Below, one piece after another: positions 1 through 8,559 of a DNA stretch of 35,833 nt (its first letter is position 1; each line of letters starts with the position of its first letter). This DNA is from an uncultured Deferribacteres bacterium (GTDB lineage: Bacteria > Zhuqueibacterota > Zhuqueibacteria > Zhuqueibacterales > Geothermadaptataceae). The notes beneath the pieces were generated by a model, which saw only the letters and a list, made by a program, of their open reading frames with translations, was not told where the DNA came from and made no database searches. Position numbers and translations under genes: made by a program. Location of the stretch: assembly GCA_964014485.1 (NCBI GenBank), contig CAXHAT010000072.1:1-35833 (forward strand). The letters are read 5' to 3'.

Positions 1-4
1 GGAA

Positions 5-2143
5 GTGTTGGTGCTCTTCGGACATACAAGTTATGTGAATGGCGTTGCGTTCAGCCCGGACGGCGCCACCGTGGCTTCCGCCTCAGACGACACAAGAGTT
101 TTCTTCTGGAATCCGTTTTGGCAAGCACCGTTTTTCCAACTGAAAACGCCAAAATCACGCAGATATGCGAACGCCAAAGTGGTGCTGGTCGGCGAGTCGG
201 GGCGGGGAAAGACGTGTTTGGCGCGGGCGCTTATGGGCAAGCCGTTCGAGCCGCAGGAATCGACCCACGGCATGAAAGTGTGGTCTTTTCACAGCGAAAC
301 CGTCGAGGACGAGCACGGCACGATGGAGCGGGAGATCATGCTCTGGGATCTGGCCGGGCAGCCGGATTACCAAGTGGTGCATCAGCTCTTTCTCGACGAA
401 ACCGCCCTCGCTCTGGTGCTGTTCGACAATTCCATCCCGGACTACCTGTTCAGCGGCGTCGGCTTTTGGCAAAAGGCGCTGGACAAGGTGACGGACAAAA
501 AATGCCGCCAAATGCTGATCGCCAGCCGCATCGACCGTTTCCCGCCGCCAATGACGCTGGAAGATTTGCAGGATTACGCCCAAGAGCGCGGCTTCAGCGG
601 CTATCAGGCCACCAGCGCCAGCACCGGCGAGGGCGTCGAAGCGATGAAGCAGGCGATCAACGAATTAATCCATTGGGAAGATTTGCCCTTCACCAGCTCG
701 CCGGAATTGTGGCAGAAGATGCGCGCCTACCTGCTCGAACGCCGTGCTGGAGAAGATGTGCTCACCCGGCGCACGGATTTGCGCGAGACTTTTCGGCAGC
801 AGCACGCCGAGGCCGCTTTTTCCAACGCAGAATTCGACACTGTAGTTGGTCACGCCCAGGCGCAAGGGCTGGTGTGGCGCTTTTCCTTTGGCGATTTTGT
901 GTTGATGAAGCCGGAATTGTTGAACGATTACGCCAGCGCCGCGGTGCGGTCGGCGCGCAAGCACAAAAAAGGCCTCGGCTGCGTCGCCGAGCGCAAATTT
1001 CTGGAGGCGCGGTTCAATTTCGAGAACATGGAGCGCCTGCCGGACAAGGCGACCGAGCGCGCCCTGTTGCACGCCGTGCTGGAATTGTGTCTTGAGCGCG
1101 AAGTGGCGATGCGCCAGAGCGGGCAGATCGTGTTTCCTTCCAAATTCAACCGCAAGCGCCCGGAATATCCCCAGCCGCCGCTCAAGGAAGTGGCTTACCG
1201 TTTCAGCGGCCCGGCGGAGGACATTTACGCGACCTTGACCGTGCGCCTGTTCTATTCCGAGACTTTCGAGCTCAAGGATTTGTGGAAGGACGCCGCCGAG
1301 TTCAAAAACGCTTTCGGGCAGGTGTGCGGCTTTGCGCTGGAGCGGCCGGAGGAAGCCGTCGGCGTGATTTCGGTGTTTTTCGAGTCCGGCGTTACGGTGG
1401 AGAGCAAGCTCTTGTTCCTGCGCTTTATCCACGAGCATTTGCAGCGCAAGGCGCTCCCCAACTCATTGGAGCGCGAGCGCATCTATCGCTGTCCTGAGTG
1501 CAACGAGGAAGTGGAGAACAAAAAAGCGATCCAAACCCGCCTGGAAAAGAAGCTGCCCAACATTCCCTGCCAATATTGCGACACGGCGATCCCGCTCCTC
1601 GATTTGCTGGAAGAAAAGTTCGGCGATCAGGAGCTTTTGCAGCGCGTGCGCGCAATGGAAGCGGAGGTCAACCAAAAACGCGACGCAGCGGTCGGCGTCA
1701 CCACCTCAAAGGCGAAACAGTTCATCGGCGAATTCGACGTTTTTCTCTGTCACAACACCGACGACAAGCCGGAAGTGCGCGCCCTCGCCGAAAAACTGCG
1801 CGAGCACGGTCTCAATCCGTGGCTGGACGAGGAACAATTGCGTCCCGGCAAGCCGTGGCAACGCGAATTGGAGAAGCAAATTCAAACGATCAAGTCCGCC
1901 GCCGTCATCATCGGCAAAGACACGAAAGCGCCGTGGCGAGACATGGAAATCGACGCGTTTTTGCGAGAGTTCGTACGACGAGACGTACCGGTCGTCCCTG
2001 TTCTATTAGAGACCGCGCCGGAAGAGCCTGAATTACCGGTGTTCTTGAGTAGTATGGGTTGGGTGGATTTCCGGGAATCTGAGCCGGAGCCGTTGGAGCA
2101 ATTGATTTGGGGAATTACTGGGGAAAAGCCGGGACGACGATAG
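5..2143 (+). CDS. WD40 repeat - Roc GTPase - COR - Zn-ribbon - TIR domain protein (bacterial Roco-TIR), 5' truncated by window edge
   Basis: WD40 repeat GHTSYVNGVAFSPDGATVASASDDTRVFFW; Roc P-loop KVVLVGESGRGKT, G2 ESTHG, G3 LWDLAGQ, TSA motif; CPEC...CQYC Zn ribbon; TIR FDVFLCHN...PWLDEEQLRPG...W..MEI. The ORF begins inside a WD40 repeat, so the true start is upstream. Confidence 0.9.
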   Translation: MLVLFGHTSYVNGVAFSPDGATVASASDDTRVFFWNPFWQAPFFQLKTPKSRRYANAKVVLVGESGRGKTCLARALMGKPFEPQESTHGMKVWSFHSETVEDEHGTMEREIMLWDLAGQPDYQVVHQLFLDETALALVLFDNSIPDYLFSGVGFWQKALDKVTDKKCRQMLIASRIDRFPPPMTLEDLQDYAQERGFSGYQATSASTGEGVEAMKQAINELIHWEDLPFTSSPELWQKMRAYLLERRAGEDVLTRRTDLRETFRQQHAEAAFSNAEFDTVVGHAQAQGLVWRFSFGDFVLMKPELLNDYASAAVRSARKHKKGLGCVAERKFLEARFNFENMERLPDKATERALLHAVLELCLEREVAMRQSGQIVFPSKFNRKRPEYPQPPLKEVAYRFSGPAEDIYATLTVRLFYSETFELKDLWKDAAEFKNAFGQVCGFALERPEEAVGVISVFFESGVTVESKLLFLRFIHEHLQRKALPNSLERERIYRCPECNEEVENKKAIQTRLEKKLPNIPCQYCDTAIPLLDLLEEKFGDQELLQRVRAMEAEVNQKRDAAVGVTTSKAKQFIGEFDVFLCHNTDDKPEVRALAEKLREHGLNPWLDEEQLRPGKPWQRELEKQIQTIKSAAVIIGKDTKAPWRDMEIDAFLREFVRRDVPVVPVLLETAPEEPELPVFLSSMGWVDFRESEPEPLEQLIWGITGEKPGRR

Positions 2144-2245
2144 AATTGCAGCGATTTAAAGCGTTGATTTTACCTGAACTCGAAATTATATTTGTTCAGA
2201 GTTATTGAATTGAATCGAAGAAAAACCAATAGTGGAGCATAGAAG

Positions 2246-2503
2246 ATGTATCACGCGATCAAGGGCGTTTATGATGACGGGAAAATCGAATTTTTGGAGC
2301 CCGTCCCTGATACCAAAAAAGCAAAGGTTATTGTCCTTTTTGAATCCGAAGGCGAAAGTCAGGCTGACTCTCGTCCCAGAGCTTCGGAAAGCTTTTCTTT
2401 CAAAAACCTGCAAGCTTTTGGAATGTGGGAGAGCAATGATAACGTAGAGGACGATCTCGCACTCGCCAAAGAGCTTCGCGAGCAATGGGACAGAGCAAAT
2501 TGA
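2246..2503 (+). CDS. Antitoxin, AF2212/DUF104-like
   Basis: N-terminus AIKGVYDDGKIEFLEPV typical of AF2212-like antitoxins; GGAG RBS; 7 bp upstream of a PIN toxin gene. Confidence 0.8.
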   Translation: MYHAIKGVYDDGKIEFLEPVPDTKKAKVIVLFESEGESQADSRPRASESFSFKNLQAFGMWESNDNVEDDLALAKELREQWDRAN

Positions 2504-2510
2504 TCGTATC

Positions 2511-2915
2511 ATGAGCAGGCCAATTTTACTCGATACAACAATTTTTATCCATTACTTTCGCAAACGTCAAGCGGCGATGCAATATTTGGACGAATTCAAA
2601 TCATCTCACAAATGGGAAGACCGGCTTATTAGTTTAATCACTGCCGCTGAACTTTATTTTGGCTGCAATTCTGAAGAGCAAGCGGCGGCAACAACGGAAT
2701 TCCTGCAAAACTTCAAGATCATTTCAATATCAACGGAAACGATGATCAAAGCCGGAGAATTACGGCGGAATTTTACCGGCAAGAAAAAGCCTCGCTTGGC
2801 CGACGCCTTGATCGCTACTACTGCCCTCCTTCAAAACGCCAAAGTTCACACCCACAATGTTGACGATTTTTCGTGGGTTGACGGGCTGGAAGTCGAAATT
2901 CCCTATACAGTTTAG
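2511..2915 (+). CDS. vapC: VapC-family PIN domain toxin
   Basis: ILLDTTIFI, SLITAAELYFG, LADALIATTA and HTHNVDDF PIN acidic-residue motifs. Confidence 0.92.
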   Translation: MSRPILLDTTIFIHYFRKRQAAMQYLDEFKSSHKWEDRLISLITAAELYFGCNSEEQAAATTEFLQNFKIISISTETMIKAGELRRNFTGKKKPRLADALIATTALLQNAKVHTHNVDDFSWVDGLEVEIPYTV

Positions 2916-2927
2916 CTTTTTTCGATT

Positions 2928-2951
2928 AAGCTTGGGGTGCAAACCAAGCTT
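2928..2951 (+). terminator. Hairpin downstream of vapC, possible terminator
   Basis: AAGCTTGG-N8-CCAAGCTT inverted repeat 12 bp after the stop; U-tract weak. Confidence 0.35.
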
Positions 2952-3065
2952 TCCTGATCAAGATACCGGTTTTTGAACATCCCGAACAACCTTGCGTCTT
3001 AGCTGAAAAATCGTTGCAAAAATATATGTACACCCTTCATCCATATTTTGGTAGAGGTGGTCGAT

Positions 3066-4090
3066 ATGAAAGATGATGGCAAAAAGCAGTGTCCGGATTG
3101 CCAGACAACCCTTGAAAACTCGGTCTTTGCACTCCGGCGGCCGGAGGTCTCCAGAAGAACATTCTTAAAAACCGCCGGTCTGGCTGCAGCCGTAGCGCCC
3201 TTAGGTCAGTTTGCCCGGCCGGTTCTTGCGGGTCAGCCGGAATCTCCTTCCCAAACGATTGTCTGGAAATTGTTTGAAAGTCTGACTGCGGCGCAAAAAC
3301 AGGCGGTCGTGCTGGATTGGAGCAATCCGCGACGTTTGCGTGTGGAGAACAATTGGCATGTCGTGCCGCAGCGCATCGGTCGATTCTTCACAAACGATCA
3401 ACGCAGCCTGATCGACGACATTCTCAAAAACGTTACCAGCGAGCAGGGGTACGACAAAATGATGCGGGCCATGCGGGACGACAGCGGCGGTCTCGATCGC
3501 TATTCCGCCTGTCTCTTCGGCGACGGCCAAGACAAACTGTCCTTCATGCTGACTGGTCGGCACCAAACCATTCGCGCGGGGGCCGGCGGCGAAAACAATA
3601 TTTTGGCGGCCCTATGTTCTACGGCCATGCCGTGACTTTCAACGAACGCCCCGACCATCCCGGAAACGTCTGGTGGCATCAGGCGCGGTTCGCCAGCAAG
3701 GTTTACCACGCTTTGGACGGCAAGCAGCAAGAACTGGCGCTGGTTGAGGGAAATTCGCCGCCGGATCAGCGCTCCACCGTTCGGCTGCAAAGCGGTGAAG
3801 GCCAATTCAGCGGCATTCCCGTCAGCGAGCTGTCATCTGATCAGAAAGGCTTGGTTCAGGAGGTGATTCGTGGGTTGATGGAGCTTTACCCAACGGAAAA
3901 GCACCAGGAAGTTATGGCCGCCATTCGTCGCAACGGCGGTCTGGACAAGCTGCATCTGGCTTTTTACGAAGACGGCGACTTGCCGGACAAGGAAGGAATT
4001 TGGGATCGTTGGAAGCTGGAAGGGCCGGGATTCGTTTGGTACTTTCGCGGATCGCCCCATGTCCACACCTGGCTGAACATTGCTGGCTAA
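3066..4090 (+). pseudogene. Tat-exported DUF3500-like protein split by a -1 frameshift near 3601-3604 (pseudogene or sequencing error)
   Basis: ATG at 3066 with GAGGTGG RBS; Tat motif SRRTFLK; first frame gives ...LTGRHQTIRA..., second frame gives FGGPMFYGH...WKLEGPGFVWYFRGSPHVHTWLN; one extra T in the TTTT run joins them (N-I-F-G-G-P). Confidence 0.8.
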
Positions 4091-4097
4091 TGGATAG

Positions 4098-4133
4098 CCA
4101 GAGAGCCGCCCTATGAAGCGTCCGGCTCTCTGG
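4098..4133. terminator. Stem-loop between convergent genes, possible bidirectional terminator
   Basis: Perfect 11-bp inverted repeat CCAGAGAGCCG (4098-4108) / CGGCTCTCTGG (4123-4133). Confidence 0.55.
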
Positions 4134-4158
4134 AATTGCTCTCAGCACGGTTTACATG

Positions 4159-6525
4159 TCACTCATTATTCTTCAACACTTCCGATAAATTCACCTTCGC
4201 GACGTTCCACGATTGCCGCCCGACGGCGACGGCGGCGGTGAGCAAGACGATGACATTAGCAAGCAGAAACGGTGCGAGTCCGGGCTGGAAAGGGCCGGTG
4301 AACTGCTCCACGTTTTGCAGCAAAAGCCGCACGCCAATGAAAGTTATCGCCGTCGCGGCCAGGCCCGCCAGAACGAGCAATAAGCCGAATTCGCGATTAA
4401 CCAACAACACGATTTGCGCAACCGGCGCGCCGAGCAATTTGCGTACGCCCATTTCCTTCAAACGGCGGGAAAAATGCTGGGTCGCCAGGCCGTACAAGCC
4501 CATGCAGGCGATGAGCAAAGCCAATCCGGCGATGTAGCCGAAGCTGTTGGAAACGTTACGGAACGTGCGGTAAAAACTCTCAAAAACGGCGCTCTGGAAA
4601 AAGTGGTTGGCGGGCGTGTCCGGGAAAAGTTCTTGCCATGCGTTTTCTAACTCCGCCACGACCTGGTCGCCGTTGCCGGGGGCAAAACGCGCTGCGAGAT
4701 AGCCGAACTCCGATTCTTGCGCACGAAAGAAAATGGCTGGATGCACCGCGCCGGAACCAAAAATCTTAAAGTCGCCGACCACGCCAATGACTGCATAATC
4801 TTCCTCGGCTATGCGAACCATTTGCCCGACCGCTTCCGGCCAGCCTTGCAAGGCGACAAACGCCTCGTTGACCACTATCGTTTTTTGATCTTCGAAGCGT
4901 CGTGCCGTGTCGAAGAAGCGGCCTTGGCGTAAATCTAACCCGAGCGCTTCCAGGTACTTCGCGCCGACGTTGAAGGAAAATATTTGCTGCTGTTCTTCGC
5001 CGATTTCGATACTCAGCCGACGAAAGGACTGCCCGAGGTGGTGCGCCGAACCGGCCACCATTTCGACATTTGCACTTTTCAGGAGTTCGTTTTTCAGTAA
5101 TTCAAATTGGCGACTGTCGTTGAGTTGGACAACAAGCGTTTGGTCGGGATTGTAGCCCCAGGTGACGCGTTCCCAATGCCGCGCTGCGGTTAGCAGCACG
5201 ACCGTGACAATCACGGCCAGAAACGCCAGCCCGAATTGCATGGTCAGCAGGCTGCGGCGCACGGTGGTTTTGCCGCCGAATTTTTGTTTGCCGCTAAAGA
5301 TGGCGACGGGACGAAATGCTGAGATAAACAAGGCTGGATAAGCTCCGGAAGCCAGGGCGGTGAAGGACAATAACCCGACCAAAAAGAACCACAGCCCCGC
5401 ATTTTCGGCAAACGAGAGCGCGATTTTGAGCACCATAATTTCGTTGATGAGCGGAATGAAAACCGCCTCGGTCAGCATCAGGCCGAACACCAGCGCCGTG
5501 AAGCAAAGAAGCAGGTTTTCCGCCATGAACTGGCCGATCAATTGTCGCCGCACGCCGCCGAGCACTTTGCGCACGCCGATTTCTTTCAAACGCCGCGAGA
5601 CGGCGCCGAGGGAAATGTTGACGTAGTTGAAGCACGACAACGCCATCATAGCAAGTGCGATGAACGAGAAAATCAGCATCATCGCCGGGTGCAACACTTC
5701 CGCCGGTCGGCGAATGACGTTATACGCTTCCGGCAACGGGTTGCGCAGATTGTCGAGCACGAAACCCGTAATCGGGGCGTCGGGATTCTTGGCGTTGAAA
5801 ATTTCAACGTATCGATCCATTTGCGAAGCTAAAAGGGCGGCGTCCTGGGGCGTGCGCAATTGCACGAAGACGCCGTTGGTGCGAGAATCCCAATCCTGCG
5901 CTTTCAAAATGTTGTGGACGGAGTGGTAGCCGGTCAGGAAATTGAAGTAAAAGCCTGTGTTATTGGGAAACGGCTCAGCCACGCCTTGAACGGTGAATTG
6001 CTTGCGCTCTAAATCGCCGGTAACCAACGTGACGGTTTGGCCGATTGGGATTGATTCGGGGAAATATTTTTCGGCCATCGGCGCGCTCAAGATTATTGCA
6101 TTTGGATCTGTAAGCGCTGAAGGATCGCCGTACTTGAGCGGAAATGTAAACATTTCGAAAAAGTCGACGTCCGCATAGGTCAGCAATTCAGTGAAGACGT
6201 TTTCATTTTGAAAGATTTTAACGCCTTCGTAGCGCGTTCTGACCACGCGCTCGACCTGTGGAAAATCCGCTTTCAACGCTTCGGCCAATGGCGCGGGCGG
6301 GTTGCCCCAAAGCTGCTTTTCCCCATTGACTTCCGTCGCATATTCCGCCATAAAAATACGGTCGCCGTTTTCATGGAAATCATCCAACAACGAGTAATTT
6401 TGTAGAAATAAAAACACGGTGATGGAGCACGCCACGGCAATTGACAAGCCGAACATGTTGATGAATGAAACGAGCTTGTTCGCGTGAAGATGGCGCCATG
6501 CCAGGCGGAAATAATTGGCAATCAT
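4159..6525 (-). CDS. ABC transporter permease, double MacB-PCD/FtsX type (copy 1, divergent C-terminus)
   Basis: MIANYFRLAWRHL start; two FtsX halves with RLKEIGVRKVLG and RLKEMGVRKLLGA; 788 aa. Confidence 0.93.
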   Translation of the reverse strand: MIANYFRLAWRHLHANKLVSFINMFGLSIAVACSITVFLFLQNYSLLDDFHENGDRIFMAEYATEVNGEKQLWGNPPAPLAEALKADFPQVERVVRTRYEGVKIFQNENVFTELLTYADVDFFEMFTFPLKYGDPSALTDPNAIILSAPMAEKYFPESIPIGQTVTLVTGDLERKQFTVQGVAEPFPNNTGFYFNFLTGYHSVHNILKAQDWDSRTNGVFVQLRTPQDAALLASQMDRYVEIFNAKNPDAPITGFVLDNLRNPLPEAYNVIRRPAEVLHPAMMLIFSFIALAMMALSCFNYVNISLGAVSRRLKEIGVRKVLGGVRRQLIGQFMAENLLLCFTALVFGLMLTEAVFIPLINEIMVLKIALSFAENAGLWFFLVGLLSFTALASGAYPALFISAFRPVAIFSGKQKFGGKTTVRRSLLTMQFGLAFLAVIVTVVLLTAARHWERVTWGYNPDQTLVVQLNDSRQFELLKNELLKSANVEMVAGSAHHLGQSFRRLSIEIGEEQQQIFSFNVGAKYLEALGLDLRQGRFFDTARRFEDQKTIVVNEAFVALQGWPEAVGQMVRIAEEDYAVIGVVGDFKIFGSGAVHPAIFFRAQESEFGYLAARFAPGNGDQVVAELENAWQELFPDTPANHFFQSAVFESFYRTFRNVSNSFGYIAGLALLIACMGLYGLATQHFSRRLKEMGVRKLLGAPVAQIVLLVNREFGLLLVLAGLAATAITFIGVRLLLQNVEQFTGPFQPGLAPFLLANVIVLLTAAVAVGRQSWNVAKVNLSEVLKNNE

Positions 6526-6552
6526 ATCCTGTCCTCAAAAAAATCTTCGGAG

Positions 6553-8559
6553 TTATGGATTGTTGGATTCAAGGAGTTTGGGGAAAATCGGCAGAATTTT
6601 TTCAGCGAGAATGCGCGTCAGGTGTTGATAATGCGCGGTTGAGGAAGCGCTGGGCCAGCGCGAAGTCATGAGTACGACCAATTCGCGTTGCGGCGAGACG
6701 AGCAGGATTTGGCCGCCGTGCCCTAAAGCGGCGTAAGTTGGTTCGCCGTTCAAATCAAGCAGCCACCAGAGATAGCCGTAGCCGCGAACCGGCAGCGTTT
6801 TATGATTGGCCATTTTTACACGCGGCATGATTTGCTTGTCGATGGATGCGCATACGAACGTTTCCGGCAGAATTTCACGCCCGCTGAACTTGCCGCCCAA
6901 CCGGTACAATTCGCCGAGTTTGATGAGATCACGCGGTCTTAGGTAGGCGTCGTTGCCGCCAAGCTCGAAGTTCTGGGAATCGACGCGCCAGTGAATCAAT
7001 TGAGCGCCCAGCGGCGTGAATAGCTCCCGTTGCGCCAATTCACTCACAGACATGCCGCTGGCTTTTGCCAAAACAGCGGTGAGCAATTGCAGCACCGGCG
7101 TGTCGTAAGCGAAAACGCCTTTTCTTTCGCTGTTTATTGGTTGCTCGAGCAAAGTCTTGACCCAGTCGTCGCTCTGTTGAATCACGCCGTAATTGACCGG
7201 CTCTAAACCGGTTGACATAGTCAGTAATTGGCGAATGGTGACGGCGGCTTTTTCCGGCGCCATTTCGTAATGCTTCGACAAGTATCGCCCGACGGAATCG
7301 TCCACGCTTTCAATCCAGCCTTTGCGCAACGCAACCCCCACCAGCGCCGCCGTGAGCGACTTGGTTACCGATTTGAGATTGGCCGCTGTTTCCGGCCCGG
7401 CGCCGTTGTAGTACGTTTCAGCAAGCAATTCGCCTTTGTGCATCACCAGCAACGAACGCATACGCTCGGATTCGCCCGCTTCCTCAAGAATGGCGGCGAG
7501 ACCGTCCGGCGCGCTTGGCGAAAGTTTGTGAAAAGAAATCCGGTCAGGAGATTCGCTTTTTGTATCGTCGGCGAGCGCCGCAGCAAAACGATTTCGAATG
7601 GCGGCGGCCTCAGCGTCGTCCCAGCGTACGTCGTTGACGCTGAGCGGCTGCATGCGGTAAAGCCAGGACAATCCTTTTGGGCCGACATATTGATCAGGAC
7701 GTGAATAAACCGGATCAGCAAGCGCTTTTTCCAGAGTAATGAATTCAATATTTCGTGCCCGCAATTCGAGCAGCAGTCCGTCGAGATGATCTTCCACCAG
7801 CGTGTTGGCGTGCAACAAGAGAATCTGCGGTACGGATAGGCCGACTTTGCGGCGAGCAACCTTGTCTGCATTTTCGACGGCGGCGGCAATGTGGCGGATA
7901 AATTCACGCCCGACTTCACGGCGAAGCGGGGCATTTTGGGCGGCAAGAGCGCGTGCATGCGCCTGAGTAAGAATCCATTCGGAATTATCAACGGTGACAT
8001 GCGCCGTTTGCAGTCCCATTTTTTGCAAAGTCTTGCTCACTTCGGCTCGTTTTTCCGGGGTATTGCCTTGATGCAGCATAGGAAAGCGAAAGTATGGCGT
8101 GTACGCGCTCGAAAATTTCTTGAGGTATTCATCACACCGCGTAACGTCTATAAGCCAACTTTCGACAGGAGTGCGGTTAAGATCACGGTGGGCGGCGGAA
8201 TGGTTGCCGAGAGAAAAGCCCCAGTTCGCCCAGGTTTGAATAGGCTGTTCGTCCTGCTCAGCGCGATCAGACACGACAAAGCCAGTTGCAGGAGCCTGGT
8301 GGACTCGCAAAATCGCGGCGATTCTTGTCAGCGCGTCATTGGCGGAATCGCCCTCCGGCAGCGGCCCAACCCACGGCAGGTCATCGATGGTGATTGCTAG
8401 TTGTATCGCAGCGTTTTCAGATGGCTTTTCTGCAGCGAAGGCAAAATGAAACTGAAAAAAAAGAGTCAAGAAAGCCGCAATTCCCCCAAAAACCGTTGCC
8501 TTTAAGAAACGATCATGCGGAGCTTGCAAAGTGGTTTTCAGCAGATTTGCATTATTCAT
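6553..8559 (-). CDS. Secreted polysaccharide deacetylase (CE4/NodB) + serine hydrolase (beta-lactamase class C-like) fusion
   Basis: Hydrophobic N-terminal segment; CE4 motifs TIDDLP, NHSAAH, YFRFP, LLLH; hydrolase motifs SVTK (SxxK), LLTMSTG, YDT, YGYLWW, ALGHGGQ; ATG overlaps upstream permease stop. Confidence 0.88.
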   Translation of the reverse strand: MNNANLLKTTLQAPHDRFLKATVFGGIAAFLTLFFQFHFAFAAEKPSENAAIQLAITIDDLPWVGPLPEGDSANDALTRIAAILRVHQAPATGFVVSDRAEQDEQPIQTWANWGFSLGNHSAAHRDLNRTPVESWLIDVTRCDEYLKKFSSAYTPYFRFPMLHQGNTPEKRAEVSKTLQKMGLQTAHVTVDNSEWILTQAHARALAAQNAPLRREVGREFIRHIAAAVENADKVARRKVGLSVPQILLLHANTLVEDHLDGLLLELRARNIEFITLEKALADPVYSRPDQYVGPKGLSWLYRMQPLSVNDVRWDDAEAAAIRNRFAAALADDTKSESPDRISFHKLSPSAPDGLAAILEEAGESERMRSLLVMHKGELLAETYYNGAGPETAANLKSVTKSLTAALVGVALRKGWIESVDDSVGRYLSKHYEMAPEKAAVTIRQLLTMSTGLEPVNYGVIQQSDDWVKTLLEQPINSERKGVFAYDTPVLQLLTAVLAKASGMSVSELAQRELFTPLGAQLIHWRVDSQNFELGGNDAYLRPRDLIKLGELYRLGGKFSGREILPETFVCASIDKQIMPRVKMANHKTLPVRGYGYLWWLLDLNGEPTYAALGHGGQILLVSPQRELVVLMTSRWPSASSTAHYQHLTRILAEKILPIFPKLLESNNP

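Noticed and set aside
118..1095. 325-aa alternative-frame ORF and other long overlapping ORFs (e.g. 29604-30542, 665-1438)
   Set aside because: Arg/Ala-rich frame artefacts of GC-rich coding sequence overlapping well-supported genes
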